Position numbers and translations under genes: made by a program. A model generated the notes under the pieces. The model was not told the origin of the DNA and searched no databases. It saw nothing but the letters and a program-made list of their open reading frames with translations. Shown piece after piece: positions 58,195 through 64,000 of a stretch of 64,000 bases of DNA. The stretch spans positions 154,938,001 to 155,002,000 of the forward strand of contig OZ024743.1 of assembly GCA_964016885.1 (NCBI GenBank). Direction: 5' to 3'. Position 1 is the stretch's first letter. Each line of letters starts with the position of its first letter. The DNA comes from Eledone cirrhosa. Its lineage: Eukaryota.

Positions 58195-61100
58195 ACATTG
58201 TAATTTAGAATGGGACAAGGGAAGTACTGCCGTCATTATCGATGTTGAACAATTTAAAAATTCTATATTCTCTTTCTTACAACTATGAAAGAGTAACAAA
58301 TTAGCCCCAATCAAAACGATGACCAGATTAAACACATTCATTTGTCGATACCAGGATGAATTATCTAACGAAGAACGCGATTAGTTAACACCTTTACGGA
58401 CTTCCGAAGATCCAGAAGTGTAAAATAATTTACGATGCCTGTAAAGAGTCCACCTCAACCTGCGTGAACACACAATACCCGACTGGCCTTAAATAGAGAA
58501 CAATTGTAGTGGGCCCACAATGTGAAACACACAGACTAAGCAACTTCATAGATATTCTACTAAAATCAATTCTCAAAGACATACCAAGACTTGTAAGAGA
58601 CGATCTGGACCTCTTAAACCACCTCCCCAAACATGTCAACAACGACACTATTATTGTGTCTTTCGATATAGTGAATCTCTACACAACGATCACACACCAA
58701 TACGGACTAGAAGCAACATGATTCTGGCTAGAGTAATATCCCAATAAGATACCTACCTGACAGAATAGAAATAAAGCTTCATCACCGATGGATTAACATT
58801 TATTTTACAGAACAACCTTTTTGATTACAAGCAAATATCGGTGACTGCGATAGGTACAAAAGTCACTCCAACTTATGCCAACTTAGTCATGGCATACTTG
58901 AAAGTCCAGATATATGAACACTCCAAATCAAAATACAGATTGAACTTCCACAAATATTTATCAGAGAATTGGAAACGCTACTTATACTTTTGTCTCACAC
59001 ACTCGACCAACTAAATAATTTCAAAACATTAATTAACGGCATCAGTAACCACATGCAATTCACAATGGAATACAGCCAAGATCAACTCCTTTTCTAAATA
59101 TGTTAATCATAAAAGAGACACAAATATTGAAACTGATATACACTACAAACCAACCGATACCAAACAATACCTGCTATTCACCTCCAAACATCCAAAGCAC
59201 ACGAAGACGAACATCGTTTTTAAACTAGCAAGAAGAATTTGCACAATTGTCTCCAATTATGAACCGCGAAATAAAATACTTCAAGAATTAAAGGAAATTC
59301 TGCTCGAAATACTGGAATAGAAAGGGCTAAAGCAATAGGCATTGATGAATTACGAAAACAGAACCAAATTCAAGGTACGTCAAATATTCTATCAAATATC
59401 TCAACACACAACCCAATAAATGCGGAAGCTTACAACATTATTCACAAGAACATCCCACTATTGAAACAAGACCCAAGAATGAAAAAAGCCCTTGAAACAC
59501 ACAAAATAATCAAAAGCAAAAGACAAACGATATCACTAAAAACATTACTCACCAATGCCAAATTACCTACCACAAACCCACAAGCAACTGTCAAAATATG
59601 TGGTTGCTCTAATTCTGGAACCTGTAATCACTTCACTGAAGGCAACATGTATACATTTCTATCAGGACAAAATGTTGTTGTAAAAAATCACTTCACTTGC
59701 TCATCAAACATTTTTCTTTATGCAATTAAATGTAACGGACACAATGAAGATTATATAGGACAAACTAAACTCACACTCAGAAACAGAATGACAATTCATC
59801 TCCAACAATTACGAGAGCCTACCACAAGACAGATACCACCCAGTGCATATCTAGACGTATGCACAAGTAAGAAGACACCCAAATTCCAAATCTTGGCATT
59901 TTATCTTTGCGCTGACAATACAACAGAACAAATACGAACACATAAGGAAAATATGTTTATTCAAAAATATAGAGCAGCATTAAATAGAGCTTAATATACA
60001 TTATGTCCCTGCCATAACATGCTAACCATCCAAAGAGTCACATACATACACACACACATAACACCTTCTATAACCGAAAATAAAAAGCAGAGCTAAATAA
60101 ACCTCAACATACGTTAATGCTCTAACACCTTAACATTCTGCCCATACCCCCCACACACACACAGCATAACTCCCTCCCCCATTTCTACTAACGGAATCCT
60201 TTTCCTACACACACACACAAATATATATTCTCTCCATCTAAACATGGTAATCTTACTCCCAAACGCACGTACACACACACATATATCACCCATACACACA
60301 CACAACTGCCACCCCCATTTCTACTTATAGAATCCTCTTCCTACACACACGCGCACACACGCACACACCAGCACACAAATAAACATACATATCTCTACTT
60401 TCTTTATTTCAATAGAAAGTCTGAATTTTGACACCCCAGCACATCAGCCATACTCACTGAACCTGAACAATTCTCCCCATCCCCTTTTTCTTGACCATTA
60501 TTTTTGTTTGGCACAACATTCTCTAAATGCTACAAAAGAAATTCCCAAATACGGGCGCGAAATGTAATGTGCGTGTTCACGTGACAGTCATAATTTAATG
60601 TGTACCCAATCAAATTACATTTCAGCACATCAGCCATACTCACTGAACCAGAGCAATTCTCTCCATCCCGTTTTTCTTGAGCATTATCTTTTTTTTGGCA
60701 CTAAATTCTCTAAATGGCTACAAACAAATTCCAAAATACGGGAGCGAAATTTTTACTTGTTCACGTGACAGTCATAATTTCATTTATAACCAATCAAATT
60801 ACATTTATAAAAAAAAGCCTTCGTGAGTCACTTTTTTAAGGTAAAAATAAATTCAAATACCAACTGGCGCGAATGATGACGTGCTTTTTAACGTGAGTGC
60901 ATCAACCAACCAAATTTCACTCATATGTGAAAAAAACAATCTGAGGTCCCCTTTGTTTAAGGCAAATATAATAAGAACTTTGTAACGGGAAGTGGCGCGG
61001 AATTTATTATACTTATTCACATGACAGTCATCAACCAACCAAATTACTTTTCAACAACCCTAGCATTTCGAGCCACCTTTTTCCATATAAAACTGGAACA

Positions 61101-61310
61101 TTCGAACACCAACCAGATGCGAGAAAAATTACAAACCCTCCATCTCAATTCTAGTTTTGAAAAGCACTAGAACTGCGTAACCGGTAAAGGAACCAAATAA
61201 TTATATTACAAAAAAAAAGATTCCAGTTGCATTTTCGATTTCAATTTTTTTCCTCATACTTTGACTCGTGTAGGACACCTCGTTTTTTTTCATTTTGTAG
61301 AAAACCCCCA
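58195..61310 (+). mobile_element. Neptune-like PLE, second copy of the 25.4-30.6 kb family, degraded
   Basis: DKG motif near 58214, GPQCETHRLSNF, FDIVNLYT, GIY-YIG LYAIKC..YIGQT in 59461-59994. Same 3' repeat. Confidence 0.9.
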
Positions 61311-61316
61311 CACATT

Positions 61317-61366
<50 letters not shown>

Positions 61367-62085
61367 TAGAGAGAGAGAAAAGAGAGAGAGAGAGAGAGAG
61401 AGTGAGAGAGATGTATATAGATGCATCTATATATGCATATATAAATACATGCATACTCATCAAAAAAATAAATTACCCATTATATCGTTCTTCTAATCAA
61501 AATTATCTGTAATAGACATCTACAAATACAGCAAATCATTATGGAGAATACGCCATCCTCCAGTTTAGCGATGTTGCATGTATTTTCTTGCTCACCTCTG
61601 GCTTAACTTGCTACGATAAGGTTAGCGAATTTATCTGATATTAATTTAATTGAAATCACAGATGAAATTTTTAGAAATTATTTGACAGGAAACATATATA
61701 TTTCATCCAAATATGAAAACAGCGACATAATATTTGTGTGTATATTTAATTAGCCATATCTATGCCCGATTCCTTACCTAATTTAATGAAGCAAAATATG
61801 TTTAAACATTACTCCATATATGTTATTTGATAGAATTGCTTTTACCAAACCCATTTTATTAGGCTACAGACATGCAAAGGCCACATCAATATCAATAGTT
61901 TGAAGGAGTTCACTGTTTCATTTTAAAGGATGTTGTTTAAGAAAATATAACTACAAAACGATAAATAATTATACAATGAGCCATGCCGAATAAATATAAA
62001 ATACCACAGAGTGGTCCACATATCAAAAACTAATGAGAAACAGTTTATGTTCCCATCGTAGTAACGTCATCTTCGGAGGAGCTGG

Positions 62086-62199
62086 TTAGCCTAATCTTTC
62101 ACGGAAGTAATGTCGCACATCCTCCATGCTCTTGCCAGAATGCACACGACCATGTGTCCATACACTTGCAAGCAGCCTCTCTTCCGAACTGTAGGAGCT
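62086..62199 (-). CDS. Possible terminal coding exon of an unidentified host gene
   Basis: GC-richer island preceded on the minus strand by an AT-rich tract and TTTCAG acceptor. One frame reads SSYSSEERLLASVWTHGRVHSGKSMEDVRHYFRERLG*, followed by AT-rich UTR-like DNA. Frame uncertain. Confidence 0.4.
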   Translation of the reverse strand, partial: SSYSSEERLLASVWTHGRVHSGKSMEDVRHYFRERLG

Positions 62200-63427
62200 C
62201 TGAAATAGATAATTATATTATTATTATTATTATATATTTTAATTAATGATATTATATATTATATTATTAAAACAAAACATAATGAAAGTTAAAACAATAT
62301 GTAACAAGACTTTCTGACCACCAACACGTATATTGTTAGTAGTTATATGAGTTCAGTAGAAACATCGGTCATAATATATTTCTAGTTACTTTTATTAGAA
62401 AGATTATCAGGCTAACTTCGAAAACAGACACTATCTCCACCTCACAGACGTAAATGTGCTACACAGTAATTCTTTTAATTATGATGTTTTTTAAAGAATG
62501 TATAGCAACAGATACAATGTAGCACAGTACATCTTGCAAGCGGGTATAATAATTCATTATTCTTGAAAATCGAATTCATATTTCTGTTATCCGGTCCTAC
62601 ATAATATAGACGATTTCTCGAATCCTGCTAAGATTATGTACTGGTATCAGAATAATAAAGTATGTTATTCATAATAATTTAGCAAACTAACACATGTTTT
62701 TTTTCATTTCATATTCGAGACATTAAAATTAGGAAGAATATTTTAAAGTTAAAAGTAAATTTCAAGAAATATTTCATACGATTTGAAACCAAACGTGCAT
62801 GGAGAACTATATATAACTACATAAAAGAAAAATTAAAATAAACAAATGAATAGAATGTAATACATATACATACTTTACAATATAATCTATAAATATTCAT
62901 AAACATAATTGAATTATAAGGTTCTTTTTTTTCCAATTTCTCTGCATGTTTGTATTTTTGTTTAACAGCTCTCACCATTTGAATAGCAACAATCATTCTG
63001 CTTGCATCTGTTGCGTATTTAATTGTTTTAAAACCTACTGTTAGATGACACATTTTATGTTTTGTTCCGTGTTACGTTCATTATTTTATTCTTTTTAAAT
63101 TTCTCTTTGCGTAACTGAATTAGGGAGGGAACGAGCAAACACATATTTCCTGAGAATTTCGTTCAATAAGATCACAAACTGTGATTAATTCTCTCATACT
63201 CGATGGATATAGAACAGGAAACCTCAAAAAATTTGATTTCGGGACAATTTGGCATTATAAAATCTAAGTAAATTTTGCGATAGAAATGATTATAAATAAA
63301 AACAAAATATCGTTTCTATTAAATTCTGTACTTTATTTAGATACTTTTATGTTTTCTGTCGTTTTCTTCTAATTTTCTCTTCAAAATAGTTCCTTTATTC
63401 GTTCAAAGGGAACTTGTTTTTCTAGTG

Positions 63428-63463
<36 letters not shown>

Positions 63464-64000
63464 GGGGGGTGTATGTATGCCTGTATGCATGTACAGATTA
63501 TGTATATATCTGTGTCTTTGTATGTGTGCGTGTATGTATGCTTAGTATTTTGTTTATGCATGTGTATATGTGTTTGAGAGCCTGTATCTGATAAGGAAAC
63601 AATGAATTTTATTATAGCAATCACATAGTTATATCCTGTGGATTATTTAAAGAAATTCTCTGAAAATATTTATAGAAGGTACAATATAATAACTCAATTA
63701 AGCAATTCTATTTTGAAATAAACACATTCTGATAGTTATGGATCTAAATATAAAACCCGGAAGTACTTGAAATCTCCAAATATCATTCATTCGTATTTTA
63801 CTTCTATACAATGAATGGACGTTTACATTCTTGTATTTTAGTTTTATTCTTCTGTCCCAAAAAAACCTTTATCATTATCTAAACTCAAAATACAGTGAAA
63901 TAAAAAATAACACATTATCCATATGCAAGGCTTTACAATAACTAGTGTTTTTTCATGTTATCCACAGACTTATAATACGACTAAGACTCCAAAAATAAAC

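Overview
AT-rich eukaryotic (animal) genomic DNA, almost entirely made of transposable elements packed between (TA)n, (CA)n, (GA)n and (TAA)n microsatellites. The SINE sequences and repeat style suggest an octopus-like cephalopod (inference). No intact host gene is visible; one possible terminal exon lies near 62.1 kb. Contents: (i) a head-to-tail array of four R4/Dong-type RLE non-LTR retrotransposons in a (TAA)n tract (1-8.2 kb); (ii) about ten degraded Penelope-like elements (PLEs; RT plus GIY-YIG) of Naiad-like, Neptune-like and a third unassigned type, several with inverted 3' duplications; (iii) an RTE LINE, tRNA-derived SINEs, and Chapaev3, Tc1 and mariner/maT DNA transposons. The most striking signal is a dense population (more than 20 intact or decayed motifs read by eye) of type I minimal hammerhead ribozymes (HHR). 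Several sit in short non-coding 440-590 bp units arranged as 'inverted partial copy + partial tandem' between TA tracts, i.e. retrozyme-like non-autonomous elements probably mobilised by PLEs. The best example has a canonical HHR at 55032-55076. Recurrent core variants (U3-A8 swap, extra nucleotide after A9, very long stem II) occur. Most short ORFs in the supplied track are microsatellite or antisense artefacts. Coordinates were counted by hand, so element boundaries are approximate.
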